From: Sphagnum compactum
Taxonomy: Eukaryota
Length of the DNA: 64,000 bases
Assembly (NCBI GenBank): GCA_965153455.1
Contig: OZ234494.1
Span: forward strand, 12,648,001 to 12,712,000
Reading direction: 5' to 3'
In this document: positions 12,222 through 25,399 of the stretch, piece by piece
Layout of the letters: every line of letters begins with the position of its first letter
Numbering within the stretch: the stretch's first letter is position 1
The notes under the pieces: model-generated
Told to the model about the DNA's origin: nothing
The model's input: only the letters and a program-made list of their open reading frames with translations
Databases searched by the model: none
Program-made: the position numbers and the translations under genes

Positions 12222-12841
12222 GAGAAAACTATTTTCCTGAGCCAAACCAACACATGTTTATTTTTTTTCATTAATGTGCAGGGTCACATATTGAGCACTG
12301 ATGGGGACGCTCTAAGTTATTAGCTAGTTGTCAAAATTTTAATAACTGATTAGTAGGTTATTAATACCTAGATTGATAACTGGGTTGATAACCTAATCAA
12401 AATTCAATAACCAGCCAACACTAATAATTAAGTAGTATGAGGTGGAAGTAAGATGGTTTGCAAGGATAGGTTACCACCGGTGTTGGGTGGGCATCATAAT
12501 TTTATGATACATGTCGGGTCCGGTTTTCACAAAGTATAATACCCATCTAATATGGTTCTCCTTCAAAAAAAATTTAAAATTTCTATGTTGCACATTTATT
12601 TTAAAAAAATTAAATCAATGTTTTCGTAATGTCAATTCTCATAAATTTGAGAATAGCTAGTTCTCCTTTTTTTACAAACTAGGTATTTTTTTATTAGAAA
12701 TGATTTTTAGAAAAAAATAAATATTAAATAATTATTGATTCGATTTATTTTTTAACAATGAAAACATTATAAGCAATGGTAGGAAAACAAATTCTAAAAT
12801 AACCTTCAATTTATATATTGAACTTTTACACTTCAACAACT

Positions 12842-15140
12842 TCATCCCTTTTCAAATTCCCTTTCAAACTTTTGTAACTCCTCTTCTAAGTCTATATCCC
12901 TTTCAAGGAATTCTAATAAATTAGATGGAGACTTACATCTTATTCTAAGATCATTAGGCCAAATTTTGTTTACAAAAATCAACTTCTTTAAATTTTTGTT
13001 TTGCAAATGACATCTCCTAAGGTTAATAAAAATTCCAACCAATGAAAAAATCCTTTCTATTTCTATTTGTAATCCAATAATCCCCAAAATTTGTCGAGCT
13101 AAAAATCCAACTGTAGGAAACATTGCCTCATGTTTCTGCCATGAATGAAGAGGACATTTGATGTCCTTAACATTCAATTGATACCTCTTGAAAATCAGAA
13201 GCTCCCTCTTAACAAGTTCTTCTACTAGTTCATTTGTGCTTGTAATCTGCTCAAATATATCCAAATGCAATCATGATAAAAAATATTCTGGTCAATAGAA
13301 TTCATCTCTAATCTCACCAAAGGATGCAAATGCTCATGACATTTGACCAACATAAGATATAAGGATTTCCTTTCCTTAACAAGAGCAACACCTTACTCCT
13401 TTCCAAGAAATGAAGATATTATATGAAGCTCTTATACTTAAGGTCTAGCATCAAACAATTGTATTATGGGTTTTTTTCTTATCACAAACCTTTAAGATTG
13501 AAAGGAAAAAATCTAACACATTGATTACCTCCCTTCTAATGTTAGAAACCAACAAAGATAACTCATCTTTAACAATTGAATCATCATCCATTAGGCTTTC
13601 AAATGGAGGTAAAACTTGATCTTCTTCCCTAAGTTTCAAACCATGGAATTGGTTATGTAAAACATCACTAAGAAGCCAATGTCCACATGACTAATTAAGA
13701 ACACAAGCAGAAACAACTAGGGAAAGACAATCAACAACAGTTTGAGAAATCTGCCATGTCAAAGGTGAAGGCATTCGACCAGTGATTGTCACAGCAATTT
13801 GTTTGTTGTAACAGAACATAATGGAAAATTGAAATTGTAAAGTTTTTTGAAACATAATGATTTTACTAGCAAACTTGCAAAAAAATAATAACAACTTGAT
13901 TACTTATCCTATCAAATATTTAACCACAAAAACTCTAAAGAGTTGAAACAATAATGAGTTTGAAAAAACTACCTTGTTTTAATTGGAATGTTTAATTTTG
14001 TGGGTCAAATTCTAGTTTCAAAACAAGCTTTATTCCATTCATGTCCAAAACAAATACCCTAAAAGCTCTCTTCTAACCCAAGAGATTCACAATTTACAAC
14101 AAACTTCAATGCACTAGTCATTGCATTAAAATTAGATCCTTCATCTTGACATAAGCAATAATTTTTTTCCTTAAACCATACTTGTCCAACAATTCTATAA
14201 AACTTTTGGCCAAGGTTTGCCATGTTGTTTTTATTGCTTCAAATAAGCCAATAATCACATGTTTGGGCTACTAATCACTACTTGGAAAATTAATCACCAA
14301 TGTAAACACATCGTAAGCTCCTTTAGACATCCAAAGGTCAAAGCTAATTATTGCAAAATGACATTCTGCTAAGGCAAGAAGAACATGTAGTTGATTTGTC
14401 TTCTCCTCTAACCCTAGCAATATGTCTTGTGAAAACTACCTTCTAGAAAGGAAATTTAAATTTGGACAAAAACAGATAATTAAATGATTGAGCCACATAC
14501 CTTCCACAAATTGGATAGGTAAATTGTTTTTAACAATTAACAAACCAAATTCCTTTAAAAATTCTTTCTGTGACACATCCTATTTTTTGAAGGTATTTTT
14601 AATAGAAAAAAATTTAGAGATTGACCCATCTGAATGGATTTGTTCTTTTCTTTGAAGCTTGTCTTTCCTCAATACTTCTCATCAAATTGTTCACTTCTTC
14701 TTCAAACAATTGTGCAATAAAAGAATGATTTGCATCCACATGTTTTTAAAGAAAAGTTATTCCATTGGATTTGTAATAAGAAATTAATCATTTCCTTGTT
14801 TGAATTCTTGGATTTATTCCAATTATTGAATTTTGATAACAAAATATACAACGCATTATTTGTGTGTTTACCAAACCAACTTCTGCATTGTCATTTACAC
14901 AATAAAACTCCAACATAAAGAAGTTCTGCCATGTGGTTTCCAAATTTTCTTTTGAGCATGCAATTTTTTCAAGTTTTCTTTCATTATTTTTTCGTTGCCA
15001 TTTTCTGGATTACTACTTGTTTCTGTTTGGACACTTGGATTTTCCTCAGACCCATCTTCCAAAACTACATCATTCATACATATTTCAATTATTTCATTAT
15101 TCTCATTTATCACATTCTCATTTGTAAAAGATTGTTCCAT
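12842..15140 (-). pseudogene. hAT transposase pseudogene
   Basis: Fragmented ORFs. The C-terminal hAT dimerisation domain reads WQKHEAMFPTVGFLARQILGI...IERIFS. An N-terminal BED-finger-like start reads RTSLCWSF, and an FDLWMS catalytic-type motif lies near 14330. Confidence 0.85.
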
Positions 15141-15669
15141 TGGCAGTTTTCACAAGACTATGTCCAAAGATAATACAGAAGACAACTATTCGTAATAAAC
15201 TATGCAAATATTCTAATAAAATTTCCAATCAAAAGAAAGATAAAAAAAGCGAAAAAAATGCATTTACAAGCAAATGAGTTTAAAGGTTTAGAAAAGACAT
15301 TTACAAATAATGGGGTTTAAGGTTTAAAATTTTTAAAAAAAAATCATTCACTTTTTTCTCTGACCTCATCATGGAAAAATTCATTCTGGAAAAATAAGTT
15401 TAGGTTTAAAGGATTTAGATTTAAATCAAAGGTCTGAATTTTAATCTTGCACAAAAACAAACAAAACAACAACATATTAAAACTCATAAACTGCACTAAG
15501 ACAAAATGTATTCAATTCAAAAAAAAATGACAAACAAACAAAATACAAAACAAAGAAAATAAAAACTCAACAAAATCTGGAAAAACAAAAAACCTTTATT
15601 ATTGGATGAAGTTTTGTTGGTGTTGTTCCAAGCTCCTCCACTTGCATAAGAAAGTGAAGAGGGAATACC

Positions 15670-16330
15670 AACTGACAAGGCAAAGTAGCACAAGGCATGA
15701 CAACGAGTAGCAAGGTAACGAAGCAACAAGGGGGGGAAGGCAGGAGATACCTAAAAAAGGCAAGCAACTGGGCGTGATGGCATGGCAATGATGGCAAGGC
15801 AGTAAGGCCCAACAACTAACAAGGCAACGCAGCGAGGCACGATGGCAAGGCAATAAGGCATGATGGCAGGGCAGCAAGGCACAAGCAACAAATCGCGAGC
15901 AGCAAATCATGAATAGCAAGGTGCAAATAACAAAGCAGTGCGAACAATAAAGCGCGATGTGAAAAAAACAAGGCACAACAACGAGGTGCAGCAAGGCAAT
16001 GAGCAACAAGGTGCGAGAGCAACAAGGCACGACACAAGAAGAGCAAGGCATGACTTCGAGAGTAGCAAGGTGCGAAAAGAACGATGGTAGGGCAACAAGG
16101 CACGAACAGCCAAGCAGCGAAAGTAGCGAGGTGCGAACAACAAGGTGCGACGCGAGAAGAACAAGGCGCGGCAATGAAGTGCAGCAAAGTAGCGAGCAAC
16201 AAGGCATGACACGAGAAGAGCAAGGCGAAACTTTGAAAGCAACAAAGCACCAAAAAAGCGAGGCACAACAAGTGTAACAAAACAGCGAGCAACAAGGCAG
16301 AGCAACAAAGACAACAATGCTAAAAGAAAA
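15670..16330. repeat. Degenerate short-period (GCAACAAG/GCAAGGCA-like) low-complexity tract within the hAT element
   Basis: The + strand is strongly T-depleted and has dozens of GCAA/CAAG/AGGCA motifs. Confidence 0.8.
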
Positions 16331-19300
16331 AACAAGAAACAATAGTAAACTCTAATTATAACTAAAATGCACAGTGAGCATCACCCTTTATGCAAATTTT
16401 TAGGGTTTGCAGGAAGGGGTCATTGCAATGCGGCAACTCCAACCTAACCCTAAGTTTTCATGGCAACTAAACCCAGTGACCTGAACTCGGGTAAAGGGTT
16501 AGACCTTTCCTGGTTCTCAGTATTTGGTTTTTTCTCCTTTAATCTAGTTCTCACATCCAGTTCTCACACAAGTGAGAACCAGTAGCCTGGTTTTCAGCGA
16601 GGGCATCACTCAAGGTGATACCTTGAAGGGATCGGACCGGGATGCCTGGGTGATACCCAGGGATATTCTGATACCCACCCAACACTGGTTACCACCTGGA
16701 TTCATCTCCAACTCAGTCATAACAGGTTTCCAATGGACGGTGCACTGGTAGGTGCTGGGTCACAAAATCCGAGAAGGTGGAACATTCCTCAGAGTGTTCT
16801 GAGTTTCTGTTGGGCCACCCACTGTTCAAACTGTTTGAAATCATGTTCTGAAATTCTGGACTTTTGTTAGCATGCCGCCCACTTTGGACTTCTTATGTTG
16901 AGGGAGTTGCCAAATCCCCTCAAAATCCTCTACCAACCTTTTCCCAAACTCCAAGGGATAGGAGGGAGACAAACAGGACACAGCAAATTCATCAGACCAA
17001 AGATGTCATGTTCCTGCAACAAAATGAAAGTTGGTGTTGGAATATCTTATCACCTTTAAAACCTAAAACTTTATTAAGCTTGCTATACTATATGCTATAC
17101 CTATTGTTGCTTCTATTAATTAGATGGGCGTACCTTCCAAGTATTATTTTCTTTTGTGACAATGAGTCAATTTGATTCGCCCATCACTGAAAAGGAAACA
17201 ACTAAACTGAAACTTTGGAAACTTCCCCAATATAGAAATTATAGAAGTTTCTATGTGAAGATATAGTGCTTTCCCCTTTGGCCCACCTACATAAGTGAGA
17301 AGGAGACAACTTTGGGCACACACCATATCCGATCAAACTGAAGTGCTATTGGGGAACTTGAAAACCTTTTGGGAACTTGATGAGATCATGATAGGAACAC
17401 ATTGAGAACAATGGATATATATATATATATATATATGTCTCCACCCTGCCTCACCCCCTCTTAAAAAAGAAAAAAACTGAACCATTCATGAGTGCATGCT
17501 GAACCTTGCCATTGGCTAACATCATTTTTTGCCTGGGCTAATACCCCTTCTTAAGAACTAGCCTGCCTACTAAGGGAGCGGGAGGTAACCTCAAGTGATG
17601 CTCTTGATGTTTTAAATATCTTAACTATGGGCTAGCTAAGCACTTAGAGAAATTTCTTAGTGTATTTGGAGGGCACCTAAAAGTCGTGAATATGTTGTGA
17701 CATAAAAGTTTACTCTTGTGTGAATTGGTTTTTTATGTTTGGCTGGTCACTTCATCTCTTAGCTTGTCCTTTTGTGGCATATTAATAACCTTAGGAGGGT
17801 TTGAACCTGGGACTTTGTAGGTAAGGGCCAGGATGCAGATCGCTGGCATAGATTCAGGCGCTGTAAAACGTTTGCTTTCTTTTCTATTTTAATAGCTAGT
17901 CAAAAAGCCAAACCCTGCAGCAGAGTCACACGGTTCTCTGCAGGGCTACACTGTAAGGCCCAGAAAGGGCGCTGGACAGTGCTTGAGGGGGGAGGGGGGG
18001 TTGTGGTATTAAGCGTCTTGCATGAAAGTGGAGAGATTGGGATGAATACTAGAGGAAAGGAAGAACATATTTTTGGGTTTGTGCACATTTTAGTTTTTTG
18101 TTTGTGTGATGTGTGCTAAGATTTGTAGGTGCATTGAAGAATGATGGCATCTATGAGATGAATTGCTATTTATGAATTCACTGTTGCCATGAAACCCTTT
18201 GGTGGCGATGAAAGGATTCTTTTGGACAATCTTTGTTTGGTTGTCTTCCCCATTATGATGTTTAATTCTAGTGTGAGGTGCATGGTGCTGGAATTCAGAA
18301 ATGAATGGTAGAGCAAACTGTGATGATTGCAAGGTTGGAAAAATGAAAAATTTGCATAGAGCTAGGGTAAAATTATTCATAGCTGAACACTTTCCCATAC
18401 TTTCTTCATTTCTTAACCAAATTGAATGATCTTTGCGTCATTGGACACTCAAATTGAAAGGTTACAAATGTTCTTTGAGCGCCAAAAGTAAAGAAGCAAC
18501 ATAGAAAACTCACGAAGAGGATGAGTGATAGTTTGTTTAAATTTTTTGAGAAAATAGCTATAGACCACTCTCTAGTTCTAGCCCCATATCTTCTTTATTT
18601 TTAATCTGATTTGAGTGATTTAAAATGTGATGGGTGTGCCAACTAGAGCTTTACAAAACTTGATATTATTTCAAAGGCAAAGATGCAAAGATCAAATATT
18701 TTAAACTCAAAATCCTATTTGTTTTAATTCACCCATCACCAAACATTGAACCCCTTACACCAAGCACGCCATATCTTTCCCATTCCTTCACCAAAGTGAG
18801 AAATTACTATAGCATTGGAAGCACTAGGTGGAGTGCTACAAATGTTCTTTCAGCTTCAGAGGAACAATGTGTGTGAGGTTTTGGCCTCCTTTAATTTCTT
18901 AAATGTTCGTTTACCAGCCTATATACCTTAAGTGGTTTCTGTGCTCACAAAATTTTAGAAGTTGTCTTATGAATTGCTCGTATATGTTGTGAGATTTGAA
19001 ATTCATATTGATGTTTCTAAAAAATTATTCCATTGTGCCCAATAAAAATAGTTCTTAGGTCAACATTCTATATTCTAGCAATAAGATGAAGATGTCTTGC
19101 TTAGAAGTGATGATAATGTGAGATCCAAACCTTTGAATGGTGCATTTTCAAATCTCATATTAAGTGTCCAAAGACAAATAAACATGTTATCTAATGATTA
19201 TGTGGGAATAAAGCAAAAACATTTTTATTCAAAATCAATGTCATTTCAAAAACTTAGTTCATGGGTGGATATATTTGTGAAGCAGGAGTTGTAATAAAGT

Positions 19301-22300
19301 AGAATACAACCTAAATATGAAACACAAGAACTAATGAATTTCATGGGTCGCATAAATCCCAAGCTTACAAACTAGCTGGTGTAAATCTGATGACAAATTG
19401 AAATGGGGAACAAGGAATTGTTGGTCTTCAAATTAATAATAGATGAGCATTGAACATAAAGTGGGATTTGCATTTCATCTAGGTCTACAAATGCATAGGG
19501 TAAAACAACCCATGAGTGATCACTTAAGGTAAGGTTTGCTTGTCGTTTTTGCAAGAGGGCCCCATTGTTTATGGTGTCCAAAGAGTAGATGGAACCCTCC
19601 TCATGGCACATCTATCGCACTAAAAATCGACAAAAATGAATTGGATGTGAGAAAGTTATGGGCCCCCAAAATAGGGGTGTCATTTTTACAAAAACTTCTA
19701 GACCAAACAGCTCACAGCCTATTTTTGATCCCCTCCAAAAATCCTTAAATATTACTCTATTGCCTTTAAAATTAGAAGAAGTTTGTAAAACTTAAGATGA
19801 CGATTTCAAAGATATTTAAATTGCTCAATTTGAACAAAAAATGAGAAGGCGCTCCTATAACATTTTAAATCACTCAAAATGGAGAAAATTTGAAAAAGAT
19901 TTGCTAAAGTGATCAGTGATAGGTTAGTGATCAAAGATGGGCCACTCTACCTTATGGGGAGACAAGTTAGAGGACCAAGAAACTAATGAACGCTAAGAGA
20001 TTTGATCCAAAGGCACGATATCAAAAAATTATTATGGATGTTGGATGGCAAAATGTTAAAGTAAAATAGTTGGTAGGTGGTACTTGAATTGTTATGTTAG
20101 TGTTGCAATAGGAGCTATGAATCCATTCTTATGCATCTTCAGTTTTGCTTGTCATGTTGAATGATCGAATGTCAGTCCTATCCCTCCCTCAATACTCTTA
20201 GTTGAGAGCAAGGGTTTCAAAAATTGACATACATGAGTTGTGGATATCACATTATGGAGTAGGGCTTGCCTATTCTTATGAGAGTTTCTTATCTCTAGGT
20301 GTTTGTCATAGGAATTTTTGCATGCTATTGAACGTGAAAGGAAGCTTTAAACAACTTTATGCAATACTAACATGAAAATTAATGAAATGTTTTGTTGCCC
20401 AATGTTTTCAACATTTTGAAAATAGGAATTGAATCAAAAGATGGAATGCATAGTTCTAGGATAGAAGCTAGGGTTAGGAATAGTCCCATCAATTTTTCTA
20501 ACAAAATAGAGCAAAACATCTCAATCCAAGTCTTCAAAAACTTGCAATTTTAAAAGTTGCCTAAAATTAAAAAGACTAAACTTTCAATGGTGACAATTTT
20601 CAATTTCTCATTCAAATCTCCATTTTTTTTAGAAATTGAAACATTCAAGTTGAAGTCCTTTACAACTCTATGAACTTGAATTTTTTTGATTCCAACATTT
20701 TTCATGGCTTGTAAGCATGTTTATGTGACCTGGCCCCTTTTTTGGATTGGGACCATTTTGGTCAAATGTCAATTAAGGGTTAATAGTGGGAGGGATCTTA
20801 CACAAACTGCTCTATTGAATGGAATAGAGCATTGGACCCCATAATGGCCCATATGGCAATGACAAGCCATCAATATTGTAGAATTAAAACCTAAGATCTA
20901 ATAATAATATCTATGAGTTTGTCTATAGTTTGTATGTAAGTGATAAAGTACATAGACAAATTAGGGGAGGCCTTGGAGATTTCAACAAAGTACCCAGTAA
21001 AACGTTTTGCTTAGGTTTTGGAGAGTATCATCAAAACACTTGAAGCACTCAATTTAGTTGCTTTTAAAAGTCTTCCTCAATCAAAATTGGGTAAAAGGAG
21101 GAAAAATATGTTCACAACACGAGAGCCTTGTAAATATACACAAGATGCATTGATCTTCAAAAGGGCTAGGAAAAATATATGATTAGCTTGGATCGACAAG
21201 TCCTAATGATTGGCACATGTGACGGCAATTAAGTGATTGTTGCCTATGCATGATCAACAACATTTCATGTTTATAAGTAGGTGTGAGAAAATAACTCATA
21301 CAATAACTCGATATGGTAGAGAGTAGACACTGGTAGAGACATAGAGACCCATATATCAGGTGTGAGTGGACCAGTAAATTTTTTGGGACAAATTTTGTCA
21401 TTTTTTAAAAAAAATTGGGAAAGTTCAACTAATTTTGTTAATTATTTGGGAAAAAAATTGCCATTTTTTCAATTTCAAAAAATTGAAAAGAAAAACCCTG
21501 GAGTGGACCTGCTCGGAGGTGCTAGGCAACAATCAATTCAAAACCAAACAATATACAGGAATTCGATGGAAGCTAGAGTCTGCGCACAGTTGCAGAAAGA
21601 TATTCAATCATAATCTCATTGACAATAACTTTAGAGCTATTCCCCTTTGCCAAAATTGTTGAAAATCAAACTCCCAACTTGTGAGAAACTATTTATTGCC
21701 CCAACCATCGAGTTATTATTACAAATACACAATAAAATGTGTACTTTGGATACTTGTCTTTCATCTGTTGAAATTCTGAAAAATTAAATTTGAAACTGCC
21801 TAACTCCATTTTCTAAAATAGATAAATATTCAGCAAAGAAGTGCTGGACATCAGTCATAGGTAGAGTATGCGAATCTCACAAAGACAAACCCGAATCAGA
21901 ACTTCCATGAGAATTGTACCAATGCTGCTCAAGAAAGTTGTTTGATAAAATGCTGATTGATGTTGACTTATATAAGAGCTTGATGTAAGCCTTTGAGAGA
22001 TCAGTTGTTGTGTAGCCTTCCTTTGCAAGCTGGTTTCTTCTCCAGAAGCCTTCAAGAACTGCAGCTGAGAGACTGAAGTTGGAAGCAAAATATTGAAATG
22101 TAAGATTTCGGCACACCTTGTAACAACATTCCTGTCTCATGAGTTGAGGCAAAGTCTAGGTAAAGATTCAGTTGTGTGAATTGTTAGTGCTGCAAATTTC
22201 AATCATTTCCATGGAACATGCCCAATCTCCTTCATTGGTCATGACATGACCTTGCATATTCCATTTATGATCCATTTATGATCCCTGGATGCTTCGTCTT

Positions 22301-22916
22301 TGAAACAACATTTTTGTTGACAATTATCGCATCAAAGTTATAAATGGCTTATTCACTATGTTTCAGCCAGAAGTTAGGACGGAGACACAACAGTAAAACA
22401 GAATGATCAGTTTAAGGTTAATGGTGAATTCTTTCCAAGTAGAGAGGTGTGCCAAAAAAATAAAAATTGAATTTCACTGGAAAAGTACCAAATATGTACA
22501 TAAAGTTTTCCACTCACAGGCATCTGTCAATTGAGACATATGTCGCTAAATTCTAGTTTGGTAACTTCGATCTGCAGATTCCAGTGTGCAATCATGATTG
22601 CAGGATTCTGGATGTCAGAGATAAATGACAATTCTGTGTAGTTGGGTTTCTGGAGTTGTTTAGTTGATCGGTGTAATTTGACTCTCCTTAGGCTACAGAC
22701 AATCTGCATGAATGTACAATGTCAGTCCACCTACATAAGCATATTGATAGTCCGAGATTGTGTGCAGAGCTCAAACATGAAATGAACTAGTTCTAGGGTT
22801 GGTGAGGAACAGAAGCTGTAAATGCACTGGCTCTAGGCTTGAAGAGAAAAACAGAGAGTGATACAATGTTGCAATGTGCCTGGTGTACTATGCACCTTGG
22901 CTTTAAAACACAAAAG

Positions 22917-24303
22917 TCACATATCAGCCAAGTCTTTGCCTTTCCATTGCTTCTCCAACTTGGACTGTAAGTCTAAAACCTGTGCTCGTAAGGATGCTGT
23001 CTCTGTTTCCAGTTCCTGAATTCTGGCAATCCCAATCCTCTTGGTCACTGCCTCTTCTACCCCTGGTCTATAAGGAGTGGTCAAATTCACAGCAAAAGAT
23101 CTCAACGCCTCAGTTCCTCGAACTTCCTCAGGAAGAAGTGGCAATTTGATAATGTGAAAATCCTCATAGAGTTCATGGAACTGATCAATGTATTTCTGCT
23201 GCATGCGCACTCGTGCTTGCAGCAATTTAGACTCCATAGCATCTTCTTCAAAGAGCACTTGATTGACAATAATATTGTGGGTGTCGATTTCAAACCGTGC
23301 TAGCTCCTGAACCAGTCTCTCTGTCTCATACAAGGACAGGAATTCTGGTATGCAAACACAAATAAAGGTTGTCAAATCAGGATCACGGAATTGATCATTC
23401 ACCTGCTCAAAATGCATCACCATCCATCCCCCCCACTCCATCACCATTACTCACACCTGAACTTGCAAACACTTTGAGCCAAAGCATTTTGTCTAAAGCT
23501 GATGATGATACCAGAAGAGTTTTGAAGACCTAACTTTGCAAAACTTAAGTACATAATACGTCTCAATACCCAAACCCTAAACCTGAGCAAAACCTAATCT
23601 GCAAGTGTGGAAGAGACTGAGAGTAAGAGAGGGCGAAAGCTGTGTTTCTGACCTGTTCAATCACGGATTTGATACCTTCCAGCTTGCTCATGAGAGCACT
23701 CTCCCCAAATTCCTCGCCTGCACCAAACATTCTGGAGACTTGACTGATCAAGCCGCCGAACTTATTCCGCAAACTCGTCAACTTGCCTAATCCCTTTTCT
23801 AGGGTAGATGGAAACTGCAACAAACGGAGCGTGTGTCCAGTGGGAGCAGTATCAAAAACGATGACCGAGTAGTCCATATTCTGCACCAATTTGAGCATCT
23901 CCGCAAAGCTCATGGCCTCGTCAACACCAGGAATAGCATTAGCCAGTTCCGACACAAAACTCCCCACACCTTCTTCCATCTGCTGCTCCAACAACTCCTC
24001 GCTCTCCTCCACTTTCGGATCCACTTCCATGGCGAACAGGTTACCAAATCCCTGCACTAATGTCGGTGTGCGCGTGAACTTCTGGCTAAATGCATCACTC
24101 AGATTATGAGCAGGATCCGTGGAGATAAGCAACACCGAAGCACGCACGCGCGCCAACAACACGGCCAGCATACAGCTGCATGTGGTCTTCCCTACTCCTC
24201 CCTTACCTCCCACAAATATCCACTTGAGCGAATTTTGCTCCAAAACGTTCTCTATGCTGGGCTCCGGCACACCCACCTCCTCCTCCTCCTGCTGCTCGGC
24301 CAT
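22917..24303 (-). CDS. GET3A: GET3/ASNA1 (ArsA-family) tail-anchored protein targeting ATPase, cytosolic GET3a type, about 378 aa
   Basis: Exons 24303-23653 and 23402-22917 are joined by a phase-0 GT-AG intron. Motifs: P-loop [42 protein letters not shown] and [14 protein letters not shown]. There is no transit peptide. The CxxC motif is absent, as in plant GET3a. Confidence 0.95.
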
Positions 24304-24366
24304 AGCTTCTTCCTCCCTTAGCAAAGCAAGGACCACCTAGTCGCAAGCAACACCCGGCAAACCAGC

Positions 24367-24402
24367 GAGAGAGTCTTGAGAGAGAGAGAGAGAGAGAGAG
24401 AG
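24367..24402. repeat. (GA)n/(CT)n microsatellite in the GET3 5' UTR/promoter
   Basis: A GA dinucleotide run 60-100 bp upstream of the GET3 start codon. Confidence 0.85.
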
Positions 24403-25188
24403 GGCGCAATCGATGCTCCGGCGTTGCACCGACAGTGTGCAGCGTAGACCTCCGGATTCGATCCGTGGACCTCCGAAAGTAACCAGTGTCATTTTTTTTT
24501 GGGGCGACATTTCTCGCTCCTTGGCGACAAAAAAAGGGGGGGTGGCCAGTGACTTTTTTTTGTGGCGACAAAAAAAAGGAGGGGGCGGGGGGGGGTTTTT
24601 GTTCAGTGATTTTGTTTTGTGGCGAATTTTCGCCATTTTGAGAAAAATATTTTTTGAAAGAATATTCTGTTGCAAAATGCCCTGTTGTTTTTTGGAAAAA
24701 AAATTCAATTTTTTTTCGAAAAATCGCCACAATTGATTCTAATATGAAAGGGTGCTTAAGATTTTCTACTTTCATATTTTCAATATTGTCAAATTTGGCT
24801 AAATATACTTATGGACTATTGCCACTCAAGCAACATCAAAAAATTGAAAAAAAGAAAAAAGAAAAAAAAAGACACACTTGGGGAAATTTGAATCCTAGAA
24901 AGGATTCTTTTTGGGAAAAAGCTGCCAAAAAATCGCCATATTCCGATGAGAAAATAGCTCAAATCGCCATATTTAGACAATAGCTTCTAGGATGTTGCCA
25001 GATTATAGTGAGATTCCAAAAACAAATTTGGACTTTGCTCTCTGTCCTATAGCCAAAACTTGGCTATTTCCTCTTCTGGAAGATCGCCACTCCAACTACC
25101 TCACAAATTTGAGAAAAAACTGCCCTGCTTGCAAATGTACTTGGGAACAATATTGGTAGAGTGGACAGGCTAATGGCCCAGCACTTAA

Positions 25189-25399
25189 GGTGCATTCACA
25201 CTTGGTGTTAAGGATCTTAGTACTAAGTCCCCTAACACCAAGCTAGTCATTTAGGACCTAAACCTATTTACTGTGAAGATTTGATGTTAAGTTAACATTC
25301 ACTTAATATTAAAAAATCGACCATTTGACATCAGCTGCCACCTAAGGTGCCACCTAGATTTTCATTTAACACTAACTTAACAGTAGGTGTGAATGCACC
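25189..25399. mobile_element. Short MITE (about 211 bp)
   Basis: TIRs are GGTGCATTCACACTTGGTGTTAAG and CTTAACAGTAGGTGTGAATGCACC. TTAA flanks both sides (25185-25188 and 25400-25403). Confidence 0.85.

Larger units (their letters stand above)
8436..12312. mobile_element. PIF/Harbinger (Tourist-like) MITE expanded by nested insertions
   Basis: The 32-bp imperfect TIR reads GAGCATCCACACCGGTGCTTAGTATGTGACCC on the left and GAGCGTCCCCATCAGTGCTCAATATGTGACCC as the reverse complement on the right. It is flanked by TAA on both sides (8433-8435 and 12313-12315). Confidence 0.85.
12478..16687 (-). mobile_element. hAT DNA transposon with degenerate transposase
   Basis: TIRs are C(G)GTGTTGGGTGGG(C)ATCA and TGATACCCACCCAACACTG. 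The 8-bp TSD GTTACCAC is perfect (12470-12477 and 16688-16695). Transposase remnants lie inside. Confidence 0.93.

Noticed and set aside
15517..16342. Several overlapping Cys/Leu-rich ORFs (up to 247 aa)
   Set aside because: They are artefacts of the low-complexity repeat tract within the hAT element and show no domain signature.
16930..16975. Weak resemblance to a miR390 target site (TAS3-like)
   Set aside because: Too many mismatches and no second site or tasiARF sequence.
17790..17840. tRNA B-box-like GGTTCAAACC on the minus strand
   Set aside because: No cloverleaf can be built; at most a SINE relic.
21855..22152. Short ORFs downstream of GET3
   Set aside because: No recognisable motifs or convincing exon structure.
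24304..24336. ORF-track N-terminal extension [11 protein letters not shown] of GET3
   Set aside because: It begins at a GTG; the first ATG is at 24303.
24203..24983. ORFs of 107-190 aa upstream of GET3
   Set aside because: They run through microsatellite, homopolymer and GGCGA repeat sequence, with composition typical of non-coding DNA.
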